Assembly: GCA_051891195.1 (NCBI GenBank)
Contig: JBJFEZ010000008.1
Location: 340-64,339 of the forward strand
DNA: 64,000 nt
From: Clostridia bacterium
GTDB lineage: Bacteria; Bacillota; Clostridia; TANB77; CAG-508
Reading direction: 5' to 3'
Position numbers and translations under genes: made by a program. Each line of letters opens with the position of its first letter. Within the stretch, counting starts at the first letter, position 1. The notes beneath the pieces were generated by a model, which worked only from the letters and a program-made list of their open reading frames with translations, had not been told where the DNA came from and searched no databases. Shown piece after piece: positions 1 to 11,400 of this stretch.

Positions 1-962
1 CATTGTCCCATTTTTAAAGTTATATTTTTAGTAAAGAAATTTCCTAATGGAAAATTATTATATTTTGTTCCATAAACTCCTACTAGTGCAACGTGTCCGC
101 ATTTTCTAACTGCTTGTGATGCTATTTCTATTGCAGATTTTGAACCACCCTGTAGCTTTAATGCCGTTTCTAGCTTTTCTACTAATGACATTTTTCCGTC
201 AACGCCTACACAGTCAATAACGCAGTCTGCTCCTCCTGATGTTATTTCTTTTATATATGCTCCTGTTTGGTCATATTCTTCAAAGTTTACTATTTCGGCT
301 CCATATCCTTTTGCGTGCTTTAATCTATATTCTACCCTGTCTACTGCAATTACTCTTTTTGCACCTTTTAATATGCACCATTTTATAGTAAGAAGCCCTA
401 CAGGACCACACCCCAAAACTACAACAGTATCGTCTTTTTTTACATTTGCAATTTCTGTTCCCCATAATGAAGTTGGTAGTATATCTGTTAGAAATAGAAC
501 TTGCTCATCTGATAATTCGTTTGGAACTTTTTTAGGGCCTACATTGGCATGTGGTACTCTTAAATATTCAGCTTGTCCGCCTGCATAATCCCCATATAAT
601 TTACCAGCTCCTAATAGTCCTCCCACTTCTCCATACTCATTTGTATTATTGCATTGACTAAATTCTTGATGATTGCAATAAAAACAGTGTCCACAAGCTA
701 CCGGAAATGGTACAATTACTCTGTCCCCTTTTCTTAGATTATTTACATTCTTTCCTATCTCTTCAATAATTCCCATAGTTTCGTGCCCTAATATAAAACC
801 GTTGTACATTTCTTTAGCTAGCCCGTGTACTAAATGTAAGTCAGATCCACAAATAGACGTAGATGTTACTTTAATTATTATATCATCATCTTTTTCTATT
901 TTTGGAGTAGGAACTTCTCTATATTGTACTTTTTGTATTCCATCATATACAAGTGCTTTCAT
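1..962 (-). CDS. Zn-dependent alcohol/polyol dehydrogenase (MDR family); 3' end runs off the window
   Basis: Own translation from ATG at 962 (GGAGG 7 nt upstream): MKALVYDGIQKVQYREVPTPKIEKDDDIIIKVTSTSICGSDLHLVHG..ILGHE..CGHCFYCNHQEFSQC. Catalytic and structural Zn motifs are present. Confidence 0.8.
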   Translation of the reverse strand, partial: MKALVYDGIQKVQYREVPTPKIEKDDDIIIKVTSTSICGSDLHLVHGLAKEMYNGFILGHETMGIIEEIGKNVNNLRKGDRVIVPFPVACGHCFYCNHQEFSQCNNTNEYGEVGGLLGAGKLYGDYAGGQAEYLRVPHANVGPKKVPNELSDEQVLFLTDILPTSLWGTEIANVKKDDTVVVLGCGPVGLLTIKWCILKGAKRVIAVDRVEYRLKHAKGYGAEIVNFEEYDQTGAYIKEITSGGADCVIDCVGVDGKMSLVEKLETALKLQGGSKSAIEIASQAVRKCGHVALVGVYGTKYNNFPLGNFFTKNITLKMGQ

Positions 963-1156
963 TTAATACCTCCAAATTGTTTATATTAGCTTTTGTAGTT
1001 ATTTGCTTTTTATACATTTATGTTGAATTATCAAATAAAAGCTAGTAGCCAAATTTTTTTTATAGTTACTAGTGTTTACTTGTTATACAATAAAAACAGT
1101 TTCAAGAATAAGTCAGTTGACAAAATTTCTTGAAACTGTTTGTCTCTTTTGGTTAC

Positions 1157-1372
1157 TTACTTGTACTGTGCATGATGTCGTACTGCAATAAAGCCTTGCG
1201 GTGTTTTTTCAGTCCATGCAGCCAGCTCAATCCAACCATCTTTATAACTATGAGTAGCTCTAATATTATTAAGAGCTTTTATTGCTAATTCTTCGGTTGG
1301 GCTTGCATTCACTGTACGGAAAGTCTCCTCGTATTGTAGTTTCTTTCCATCATGGTACATTGGTGCTTTCAT
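1157..1372 (-). CDS. hypothetical small protein (71 aa)
   Basis: Intact ORF with an RBS-like GGAGG upstream. No family recognised. Confidence 0.45.
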   Translation of the reverse strand: MKAPMYHDGKKLQYEETFRTVNASPTEELAIKALNNIRATHSYKDGWIELAAWTEKTPQGFIAVRHHAQYK

Positions 1373-1449
1373 TTTCTAAATACCTCCTTGAGTATTATAT
1401 ATATTATACCATTTGAAAAAAAGTAAATCAAATGTAATTTACATAATGT

Positions 1450-1575
1450 TTACATATGTCCTTTTGGAAATCCCCAATGTCCTTCTGTTTGCCGAATTAG
1501 CAAAACTTGTTTATTGTTTATTATAACGCACCCGCAGGATTTTTCTTTTTTAATATTTTGTCTGTTCTTATTATC
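1450..1575 (-). pseudogene. Nudix (Ap4A-hydrolase-like) N-terminal fragment
   Basis: Frame reads ..EKSCGCVIINNKQVLLIRQTEGHWGFPKGHM*. It has no ATG and stops just before the Nudix box. Contains an in-frame CGG at 1494-1492. Confidence 0.4.
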
Positions 1576-1810
1576 TTATTACCTCACTTTCAAAATACTT
1601 TTCTTGGAAGTTTGTTAATTCTAATATTTGCTTATCTGTGTATTTTTTACCTTTAGGCACTACAATAAGCTTATCATCATTGTCATTTATTCTATGTATT
1701 ACTGCTATACACTCTCCTTCAAATTCTTCTATCGGTTCATTTACTCCTAAAATATAGCAGTCTATTTCTTCTCCATCTCCACTTACTGTGTTAGGTATAT
1801 ATATTATTTT
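1571..1810 (-). pseudogene. inorganic pyrophosphatase-like C-terminal fragment without start codon
   Basis: Reads IPNTVSGDGEEIDCYILGVNEPIEEFEGECIAVIHRINDNDDKLIVVP.., a family I PPase-like core. It lies in the same frame directly after the TAA of the upstream MazG-like ORF and has no ATG. Confidence 0.4.
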
Positions 1811-2119
1811 TTACTCTGATTCTTGTAAAAATATTTTTTCTTTAAAAGCTCCTCTTTTTTGCTCTTTTTCTTTTCTTATAGTTTCAAAGTTTTCTAAAGA
1901 AATATTCATTGAATTTAGTATTCCATAAATCACTTCAACAATATCAGCCAATTCTTCTACATTGTTGTCTTCCAAATATTCTTTTACTTCTTCTTGTAGT
2001 TTTTTATTTAGCTCGTTTCTATAGTCTTCTTCATTTAATGTTTTAGTTTTTACTAATTTTCCTTCTGCTCTTATTATGTCTGGTATTTTGTCTCTTACAA
2101 GTTTATTATATGTTTTCAT
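1811..2119 (-). CDS. MazG-like / PRA-PH-like nucleoside triphosphate pyrophosphohydrolase
   Basis: MKTYNKLVRDKIPDII..EE..EELADIVEVI is the typical all-alpha NTP-PPase signature. Confidence 0.7.
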   Translation of the reverse strand: MKTYNKLVRDKIPDIIRAEGKLVKTKTLNEEDYRNELNKKLQEEVKEYLEDNNVEELADIVEVIYGILNSMNISLENFETIRKEKEQKRGAFKEKIFLQESE

Positions 2120-2328
2120 TTAAATTTTTCCTTTCTCTTTATGCTTTGCTTTTAGTTAATTGATAGCTTTGCTATTTCAACTGGATTTTTGCTAACACTT
2201 GTTAATACTAATTCCTTAATATTTTGATATTTTTCATTTATTGTATATTCCATTTTCCCTCCAAGCGCTTCTATAAATTAATAATTATAGCTATTATTAT
2301 ACCATAAATAGCATATAAATTTTAATTT

Positions 2329-3168
2329 TTAATGTTTTCTATTTTGGTTTGATGTATATGTTTCATTTGTATTATACATTTGATTATATTCTTGTATTTC
2401 TTGTGTTTGTCTACTCATACCTTTTCCACAAGCCGGATTTGTTAAAGGACAATGTCTACCACAACCTGTACAGAATAATTTTGATAAATATTCCTCTATT
2501 GTTGGTTTATCAGTTACCGTTGATGAATTAGTTTGAGTGTTTTTATCTTCATCACTTTCATTTTCTTTTTGTAATGTGTTGTTTATTGGTTTTTCTGTGT
2601 TTTCAATTTCATAATGTAAGTCTATTTCTTTTCTTGGAATCATTAATTTTTTTACAATATTACATTTTAATAACATTACAATAACAATTACTGCTATTAC
2701 TCCTAACATTATTTTTTCTGTAAGACTATCTTTTTTTATCTTAATTGCATTTCTTATAAATTCCCAATGTACTCCTATATGTATTAATAGTACTATTGCT
2801 AACCAGTATGCAAAAAAGTGATGCCACTGACTTGCAGCTCCTATGTTATTTGTTGTAATATTAGTTAAAATATGTGTAGATATTAATATACCTGTAATAA
2901 CATTTAATATTACTAATATTAACAATATTATATCTATTACATACATAATTTTAGTTTTTGTTTTTATTCCTTTTTTAAATAAATTTATAGTAATTGATTT
3001 TATCCATTTTAAATTTAAGATTTTGTGAAATATAAATAGAAAAAATACTACAATTCCTAATATTTCGTGCAGTTTTATTCCTGTAAAAGATAGATTCATA
3101 AGACAAATCATTATTATACCCATTACAATATCTAGTATTATTTTTCTTTTCAATTTAAATTCTCCCAT
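2329..3168 (-). CDS. polytopic membrane protein with C-terminal Cys cluster (DUF4405-like)
   Basis: Several hydrophobic helices. C-terminal CTGCGRHCPLTNPACGKG motif. Confidence 0.6.
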   Translation of the reverse strand: MGEFKLKRKIILDIVMGIIMICLMNLSFTGIKLHEILGIVVFFLFIFHKILNLKWIKSITINLFKKGIKTKTKIMYVIDIILLILVILNVITGILISTHILTNITTNNIGAASQWHHFFAYWLAIVLLIHIGVHWEFIRNAIKIKKDSLTEKIMLGVIAVIVIVMLLKCNIVKKLMIPRKEIDLHYEIENTEKPINNTLQKENESDEDKNTQTNSSTVTDKPTIEEYLSKLFCTGCGRHCPLTNPACGKGMSRQTQEIQEYNQMYNTNETYTSNQNRKH

Positions 3169-3443
3169 TCTTATTATATTACTTTATTAGCTTTAATTTT
3201 ATAATTGTTTTTTGAATATTTTGTGTAGTTCTTGTAAAAAATCTATAATTGATAATTACTTAACAATTTCGCCTTTCCAGTCTATTATTCCACCAAATTC
3301 AATTAAATTGGTATATCCTAATTTTTTTAATTTTTCTCTTTTTTATTTAACATCAAAATCACTCCTACAACTATTACAATTATTATTAACATACTACATA
3401 TTGTTTTATTCATCTTGACCTCCCTATGAATTGTAAGTTGTTG

Positions 3444-3869
3444 CTAAGTCAAATATTTGAACACTTGCTCCGGATATATCTTTAACTCTCCATTTACAAA
3501 GTTATCTATATCAATCCATATTGCATCAGTTTCACAATTATCATCAATTATATGATATTTTTCTTTATAATCCGAATCATTTATATCAACATTATAAAAT
3601 AATATTAATTCGTGTGCATTTTTTCCATTATAAGTAAATATATTTTCAGAAATACCTAAAAATTCTCCCACATTAATATCTATATTAAGTTCTTCTTTAA
3701 ATTCTCTTTTTAAAGCATCTTTGCTATTTTCTAAAAATTCAATACCTCCACCTATACTTCTATAGAATGTTTCATTTTTAGTTTTATCATATCCTTCACT
3801 GACTAAAATTTTATTATCTTTTTTTACTATGCCAAGTACAATAGGTCTTATCTCCTTAAATTTATCCAT
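3444..3869 (-). CDS. NUDIX hydrolase
   Basis: Nudix box GGGIEFLENSKDALKREFKEELNI (GX5EX7REUXEEXGU). Confidence 0.8.
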   Translation of the reverse strand: MDKFKEIRPIVLGIVKKDNKILVSEGYDKTKNETFYRSIGGGIEFLENSKDALKREFKEELNIDINVGEFLGISENIFTYNGKNAHELILFYNVDINDSDYKEKYHIIDDNCETDAIWIDIDNFVNGELKIYPEQVFKYLT

Positions 3870-4016
3870 ATCTAAACTTTACCTCCCTACAAATTACTAT
3901 TTTTCATCCAAATTATATCACTTTTCCTTTAAAAAATAAACGAATTAAAACTTAAATTTTTTCTCCTAATTTTCACTTCAAAAAACTTTCGCCACTTTTT
4001 TAGTGCAATAAAAAAA

Positions 4017-4040
4017 TCAAGGAACTTTAAATTCCTTGAT
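4017..4040 (-). terminator. hairpin terminator downstream of the displaced tRNA 3' half
   Basis: tcaaggaa/ttccttga stem, followed on the minus strand by a T-run. Confidence 0.5.
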
Positions 4041-4045
4041 AAATC

Positions 4046-4091
4046 TGGTTGTGTGGGTAAGACTCGGACTTACGACCTTCGGGTTATGAGC
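4046..4091 (-). other. displaced tRNA-fMet-like 3' half (anticodon loop to CCA) at attL
   Basis: Aligns base for base with 42962-43007. It is identical over 19 bp, then has 8 substitutions, including compensatory T-stem changes (GATAG/CTATC versus GTAAG/CTTAC). Confidence 0.75.
4073..4091. repeat. attL core (19-bp direct repeat cgaccttcgggttatgagc)
   Basis: Exact copy of 42989-43007. Confidence 0.85.
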
Positions 4092-4218
4092 GTGTTTTAA
4101 GCAAAAATAGTCATTTTACTTTTTTATGTTAAAATCAATATATTCTTAGATATTACTGCATTTGACAATAATCTTATAACAGCATAAAAATACATATAAA
4201 TGTTTGTTTTTTCATAGT

Positions 4219-4240
4219 AATTACGTCAAAATTACGTCAA
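4219..4240. repeat. two tandem AATTACGTCAA repeats (putative integrase arm-type sites, P' arm)
   Basis: The same 9-mer TTACGTCAA occurs three times at 42885-42913, next to int. Confidence 0.6.
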
Positions 4241-4347
4241 TTTTTCTGTAAAGATTTGTAAATTTGTTTGTCTTCTTTTCAGTAAATTTATAATATAAAA
4301 AGACCAGCTCCGAAGAGCCAGTCAAATCTATTAGTGTTATTATATTA

Positions 4348-4536
4348 CTATATCGTTTTTGAATTGTCAAGGATTATTTCTCTGCATAGATTTTCAAAAC
4401 TTATTCCGCTAATATATTTCAAACTTTCGCTGGAGAGATATCCTTCTTGAGTTGCTACTTTATTCCACTCTTTTTCAGTTAGCATTCTTGATAGTTCTTT
4501 TATCTTTTGTAGTGACTTCTCAAAATATTCTTTCAT
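4348..4536 (-). CDS. hypothetical 62-aa protein (resembles a homing-endonuclease-associated HTH repeat)
   Basis: LTEKEWNKVATQEGYLSSESLKYISGISFENL pattern. Last minus-strand ORF before attL. Confidence 0.45.
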   Translation of the reverse strand: MKEYFEKSLQKIKELSRMLTEKEWNKVATQEGYLSSESLKYISGISFENLCREIILDNSKTI

Positions 4537-4767
4537 AAAATCACTCTCCTTTTACATATTATAGCATTTTATGTAAAGTTTGTGTGTCGAACGGTGTCGT
4601 TTAGATAAAATTTCTATAATCAATTTTTTCCTTGATTTTTCAATGAAAAACGACCCTCTAAAATCAATTTTAAGCCTTTTTTATTTTTGAGACATATAGT
4701 TTGTTGTATTAATTTTATATATTTTTTATATTTTTGACAAATTTCTACATTTTTTTCATTATTGTCC

Positions 4768-4776
4768 TGGTATAAT
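4768..4776 (+). promoter_or_regulatory. extended -10 (TGgTATAAT) for the zinc-ribbon moron
   Basis: tggtataat lies 22 nt upstream of ATG 4798. RBS aaaggggga. Confidence 0.4.
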
Positions 4777-4797
4777 TATATAAAAAGGGGGATTTTT

Positions 4798-5388
4798 ATG
4801 TATTGTAGGAAATGTGGAAATAAATTGTTAGACTCCGATAAATTTTGTGCTAAATGTGGTAATAAAATAATATTAGAAGAAAAAAATTCTAAAATTAAAG
4901 ATGTTAAAAATATTGAAAGTCAAGAGCAACTACAACAAGTATCAACTCAACTTTCTCAAGAAGACAACGTTAATTTAGACAATAATTCAAAAAAGTTACC
5001 TATGAACTGGTGGAAATTTTGGCAATATTTTAGACTACCAGTTGGACTTCTAATATCTATATACAACTTATCATATTATAGTGAAGCTACTATAAACTTT
5101 ATTACAATAATTGTTTTTATTGCTAATATAGTATTAATATGCTTAATTGGATATGCATTCTACGGTTTAATTGAAAGAAAAAAATTCGGATATAATGTTT
5201 TAATAACTGTTCTATTTTTAGAACCATTATGGAACTGTTTTTTTAATTGCTTAGAAAATTGTGATAGCTCTACGCAGATAGCAGAATTTATTATTACATT
5301 TTTATTTGCCTTTGGCTTTATTTGTGCAGTATGGGTTTATCCTAATTATGTTTATTTTACCAAAAGAAAAAAATTGTTTTGTATGTAA
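4798..5388 (+). CDS. zinc-ribbon membrane protein (prophage-end moron)
   Basis: MYCRKCGNKLLDSDKFCAKCGNKI zinc ribbon followed by about 4 TM helices. Own promoter and terminator. Opposite strand to all late genes. ATG 4798 is preferred over the TTG at 4762. Confidence 0.7.
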   Translation: MYCRKCGNKLLDSDKFCAKCGNKIILEEKNSKIKDVKNIESQEQLQQVSTQLSQEDNVNLDNNSKKLPMNWWKFWQYFRLPVGLLISIYNLSYYSEATINFITIIVFIANIVLICLIGYAFYGLIERKKFGYNVLITVLFLEPLWNCFFNCLENCDSSTQIAEFIITFLFAFGFICAVWVYPNYVYFTKRKKLFCM

Positions 5389-5419
5389 AAGAGGACATTT
5401 AAAAACGTCCTCTTTTTTT
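5389..5419. terminator. bidirectional hairpin between convergent genes
   Basis: aagaggac..gtcctctt stem flanked by A and T runs. Confidence 0.6.
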
Positions 5420-8400
5420 ACCATTCTACTGTACCATCTTTATATACTGTAAATCCTTTTAATTTACTATATAATTTTAATTTATCTTCTTTACTTAAAT
5501 TTGAACTTTTAATATAATTTGCTAAAGTAGTTCGTTCGCTACTCTCTAATTTATATTGAGTTCCTAACAATAGCAATCTTTGTGTATATGATATTTTCAT
5601 TTCGTTTAAATATGTTCTTCTTTTTTTCTCTGCACTTCCAGTTATTGTTTTTCCTTTTAATGTACCATCATCTTTCTTGTCTGAAGAAAAATCTTGTTGT
5701 TTATAGTTTAAGTATTTATCTATATTTAATCCGTCTTCTGTAAAAAAGTTTTTAATTAAAGGATAAGTTTCATCTTCTGAAGATAATATATAATTTTCAT
5801 ATAGTACTGTTTTTTCTTTGTTTGAATAATTGGAGTCTACTAAAATTTGTATTTTTTCGTCAGCATTCTTTACTCCTGCTGTATTTATCTTATAGCTATA
5901 ATATGTTGATGCTTTTACATCTTTCAAAATTTCTCTTGTCTTAGAATATTCTTTGGTATCTAATCCTAGCACATCATATTTTGCTTTTGAATATGAATCT
6001 GAAATAATTTCGTTTATTACTTTTGCCTTTTCATCATTGCTTAACTTTTTATAGTTTTTACTAGTCAATAGACTATTTAGAGATTCTTCTACATATTTCC
6101 CACTAACTTTTTGAAAATTACTTCTTTGTGTTGATGTCATTGTTATTTTTTCGCCATTACTATTTATATAATATGGAGCTGTTCTTGGAAATATTGTTGT
6201 ATCTCCTGTTTGCATATACACATTATAAATTTCTTCTCCGACTTTACTTAATTGACCTTTATTCGTATTTGCAGGATTAAACATTACATTCCATAAATTA
6301 TTATTGCCTCCATATTTTTGTATATCATTTCCTAGAGTGTCTACTGCCACAGGTAATGTTTGACTTAACCCAGGAATTTTAGCTTTTATTGAATTTATTG
6401 CACTTTGTACTGGTTCATTATATTCAAAAGATGTTCTTTGTGTGCTATCTATCATATCTGCAATTTGCTTACTAAATGTAGGTATTGCTCTAGCTGGTAA
6501 TTCTAATATAGCTTGTGAAAGGTTTTCTAAAGTAGTTCCATTTCCATTTAAAACAGTATTTAAACTTTCCATAAATGATTGCTGTAGTAACTGTTCTGTT
6601 CCTATGTCCATAGCTTTAATTGCTTTTTCTATAGCGTTAGCATCTGGATTGTCTTTACTATATTTAACATAGTTTGTCATTATTGCTAAAGGTGTCGCAA
6701 CTGGTTGAGCCCAATCGTATGTGAAACTTTTATCACCAATTTTTATTGAATAACTGCTAATTCCCAAAGAATTTTTCATAAAGTTTTTAATGTCTTTGTC
6801 GTCATCAGATTCTCCTGTTGCTATGCCTGCTTTTGCTAAACCATATGCTAAAACGTAAAGAAGTGTTCCTGCCAATCCTTTACCAACATTTTGAACAAAA
6901 TTATGCTGTAGTTGTGCAGAATACTGTCCATTTTGTAATGAATTTGTAAATTTCTTTGCATCTAAAGCTAATGTCTTTGTTAACCCTACTGGCGAATAAT
7001 CTACAATAGCTTTTGTTAAATTTGCTGGTGTTTTTGCAAATGGAATTAAAACATCTCCTAGTCCGTAGCCTTTAATGTTTGCTTTATTTAAAATGTTTCT
7101 TATGCTTAAAACTGCTTGAGTATAATTATTACTATCTTGCCAAGTTCTTTGTAAAGCCTCATTAGTTGCTATATCGATCATATCTTGGTTAACTTCTGTA
7201 GTATTATTTAAAACCATCTGATTATTAATAGAATTAGTAAATGTTGCTTCATAAAATCCTCTATCTCCAACATCTAATGCAAAAGATAATATGTTATCTA
7301 CCCTATTAAGTGCTTTGCCAATCCCATTGTCTTTAAAACTTTTTCCTTCTCCTATTTCAAATCTATTGTCTTCAACATTTCTTGTATTGATACCTTTTTT
7401 AAAATCATCATATGATTCAAATACACCTTTTCCAAAACCTTTAGCATATCCCTTAATTCCCTCTTTAGTAATTCCAGTTGTTCTTATTCCTGTTTTTTTA
7501 GAAATTAATTTATCTAATGCTCCAGCAAAAACATCACTTGTTGCATTTACAGGTAATACAACAGCATTCCCCATAACATTTCTTACTTGTGTTTTAGGAT
7601 TAAATAACATTGATATACGCATCCACGCTTTTACACTTTGACCTGTTGTAGCTGGAATTTTATCACTTACGAGTTTTTGAATTTGTGCTAGTTTTACATT
7701 TTTCTCTCTTCCATCTTCTAACTCAGAGACTTCTTTCATTGTATCTAGTATTGTCTGAGTTTCTTCTTGAGTTAAATTAAATTTGTCTTGATTAGCTTCT
7801 ATCCATTCTTTAGATTTTCCCTCTACCATTTTACTATATACTTCATTTAGTTCACTTTGTGCATAATAAAACATACCTTCCGGTGTCAACCTTGAAAGTA
7901 TGTTATAAGCTTGTACAGCTTGACCTGCGCTCGTTCCCATTTGTCTCATTTTTTTTGCAACTTCTACAGCTCCCTGATAATCTCCAGAGTCTTGATATTG
8001 CTTTAATAATATCCAGCCTTTTGCAACATCTTCTGCACTTGTATTTTTATCATTTTTGCTAAACCAATTTAATGTTTCTTTTTCTCCTCCGTCTTTTAAA
8101 GAATTATAAGCTTTTTCTAATGTTTTTTCATTAGTAATTCCTTTATAATATCTTATATTCTCCTCTTGTGACATAACTTTTCTTAAATCTTCATTCAAGA
8201 ATTGAGAATCCACTGCAATATTAGATAAGAAGTTACTTTGTTTGTTTCCTCTCTCATATTTTTTTGAATTTAATTTTGGTGTTGTATTTGCATCTTCTCT
8301 TGACAAATTAGAGATTTCACTAGGATTTAATATTTTATTTTTTTGCTGTCTAGTATATTCTCCCGTTTCTAATGTATTATTTTTTGCAGTTGGAGCTTGT

Positions 8401-11400
8401 TGTTTGTCTGCTATTGGTAATTTTACTTCTTGTATTGTTTGTCCTTTTCCTGTACTTTTATAGTTTTCGTCTAGGTATTGTTGCCAAGCATTATTTTTTT
8501 GAACTGAATATCTAAATTGCGCTAATTCACTTTGTTTTGGAAATTCTCCGTTTTTAAAATAATACTGTATATCGCTAATTATCTTACTCGAAGATGTACC
8601 AGCTTTATATTCTGCACTATCATAAGTAGTATTAGTTTTGTCTATGTCTATATAAATCTCGCCATTAACACTATCTATATATTCACGCAATTTATTATAT
8701 TGCTTCATGTTTGGTTCTATTTTTAAATTAATTCCTCCACCTTCGGGAATAATTCTTATATTTCCCATATCAATAAATGTATTCATATCTACATCTATTT
8801 CATTTATTTGTCTATGGTCTAAAGTTCTGCTTCCAGATGGTCCACCTTCGTGCCTTCCAGAAAAATCAATTTGATTTCCGTTAGTATCAATATAGGGCGT
8901 TTCTTTAAAATTCTTTGTAATTCCAAAATGTTCTTCTGCATCTCTCACTATGTTGTCAGTACTTCTCGTATCCGTTGAATTACCCATTAATATACTATTT
9001 ATAGCCTCATATTGGGCTTGATATTCATTATACGCATTATCATAGTATCTTATTTTATCTGCATATTTTTGTGCTTTATCCATTATGTCATTTACTTCTT
9101 TTGGTACCACATCATTAGTAGCAAAATCATTTAGGGCATTTTTAAATTCTTCTGTATTTTGAAATTCTTTATATTCTTTTCTTAGTCTATCAACTTCTTG
9201 CAACATATTTTCTTTATTTTCTATTACTTCAGTAATTTTTTCATTTAAAGTTTGGTTATCTAAACCAATATATCTATGTAATTGTTTTTTTGCTTCTTCA
9301 CTTAGCTCTGTATTATTTTTAGACAAATTAAAAGAACCTGAATTATTTTCAGATTCTTGAATAGAATATTTAGTAGTATTGACATTTTCATTTTGAGGTG
9401 TTATACTATTATTAATAGAAGAGTTAGCAACGGATACAGTTTTTACACTGTAATTGCTAGCTCTTTCTTTTATGTTTGTTATATCATATAATAGCTTTCC
9501 GTTTTTTCCATTAGCAATATTTAACCATCCCGAATATGTTTTGTCTCCAACTTTGAATACTGTTTCGTAATAATCCCAACCATCTTTAGCAAATATATGC
9601 CTACCGTCATCTGGCTCACTTTTTATGAATTGAGATATTTCTAATAGGTTATCTAATTCAGTAGAAGCTTTCATTTTAGAAGAGTAAGTCGTATTATCTA
9701 GCCCATTTTTAGGATGTGTATATTCAGTTGCTGTTTTTCTTGATATATTTATAGTATTATCATCTTTTAGTAATCCATTTTCTCTAAAATTATTTAAAAT
9801 ATATTCTTGTGCTATTTTAGTTTGTTCTTTAATACTTTTCCCTTCAAAAATATTTTGGTCTGTATCTACTCTTACATATTTATTTCCATTGCTATCAGTT
9901 TGAATACTATATTTTGAATTATTGTTATTGCCTTTATAATCTTGTCTATAAGCATTTTCAAATTTGTTTTTAACATCTGCCCAAAATAACCTTTCGCTAC
10001 TATATCCTGTTAATTTGTTTATTTTATTTAATTTATCAACAACCCAATTATATATTTTTCTTCCTAATGTTGGCTTTTCCATTGTAAGATTATTAATGAA
10101 GTTTTGGTCTCCTAATTTATTTCCTAAAATATCAGCAACAGCTTCATTATCTACTAAGCTTTGAAATTCTATATTATTTCTATCATACACTTTAGAATAT
10201 ATATCTTCCAATGATTTTCTTGCTTTTTCAAAATCTACATATCCTTTGTCATAATTTAATATTAAATCTTTTAGTTCATTATATTCTGCTGTGCCTTCTA
10301 AGTCGTGTGTTAATTCGTGCATAATTACATTTTGAAGTGTTTTATTTGTATCTGCATTAGGGTTTAATATTATTTCTCTTACTTGTATTCCGTCAACGTC
10401 AGTGCTAGTTTTCCATATAGCATTAGTATTATTATCAGTAAATAAATCAGCATTATATGTTGTTTTTATTCCTCTTTCTTGTGTAACTCTATTTATTGAT
10501 TTTACTGTTTTATTATTAATATCTATATTATATTTTTTAGCACTTTCTTCATAATTTTTAGTTAGATAATTGTTTTGTTCGTTTGCAACTGGCAATATAT
10601 TGTCTATCTGTTCCATATTTTGATTTTGAGGCATTTTTATTCCAGAAGGTATAATTTGTTGTTCTTGAACGTTATTTACGTTATTAGTTGTATTTTGTTG
10701 CAAATTTTGATTATTTAAGCTTTCCTGTACTTGAACTTTATTTGCATTGTATGCTTTTTTTCCATAACCTCCAGTAAGTGCATTTAACACTATTGTACTT
10801 AACATTGTTGTAATAGCTGTTTCGCTCCAATCAGATATTGAATATGAAGCATTTGGGTCTACTGTTCCTTTGTCTATAGCTGTTCCTAGAACATCTGAAA
10901 TTGTTTCCTCTAATATTTCTCCTGGTATATCTAAACCTTTTTTTATTAAGAAATTAGCAACTTCATTTTTAACCTTTTTATCTATGCCGTTTGTTATAAT
11001 GTCATCTAATGCTCCTTTTCCAAATATATTTACACCACCTGTTAGCATTTCTGATCCTATTTCTATCATAGCCTTAGTGTTACCTACTTTTACAGCTTGG
11101 TCTAATTCTGCGCCTTTATTTAAAGCTTCTTGTGTTGCTTGCCCTTTAGCACTCATTCCCATAGTTGCTAATCCAGCAGTAGGACTTCCTGTTAATGCAG
11201 TTACTCCTATAGAAGGCAACATATTTCCTACTGCTTGAGATGCTCCACCTAGTAATCTAGTTAACTCATCTTGTTTCTCTGCTTCTTCTGCAATGTATTC
11301 TTGTAATTTTTGACTTGGTTGTGATATTACATTATTTATATTCAAGATTTCTTCACTTGCTTTTGGAGCTATCTTTCCTACTATTTGATTACTAGAATTG

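Noticed and set aside
4219-4240. TTACGTCAA repeats as a mini CRISPR or iteron array
   Set aside because: There are only 2 plus 3 copies with no spacers. They lie symmetrically on both att arms next to int, which fits integrase arm sites better.
4762-4797. TTG starts proposed by the ORF track (4762, 33494, 35453)
   Set aside because: Downstream ATGs with proper RBSs exist at 4798 and 33458. For 35453, the frame is open further upstream and is better explained as the continuation of the organiser gene.
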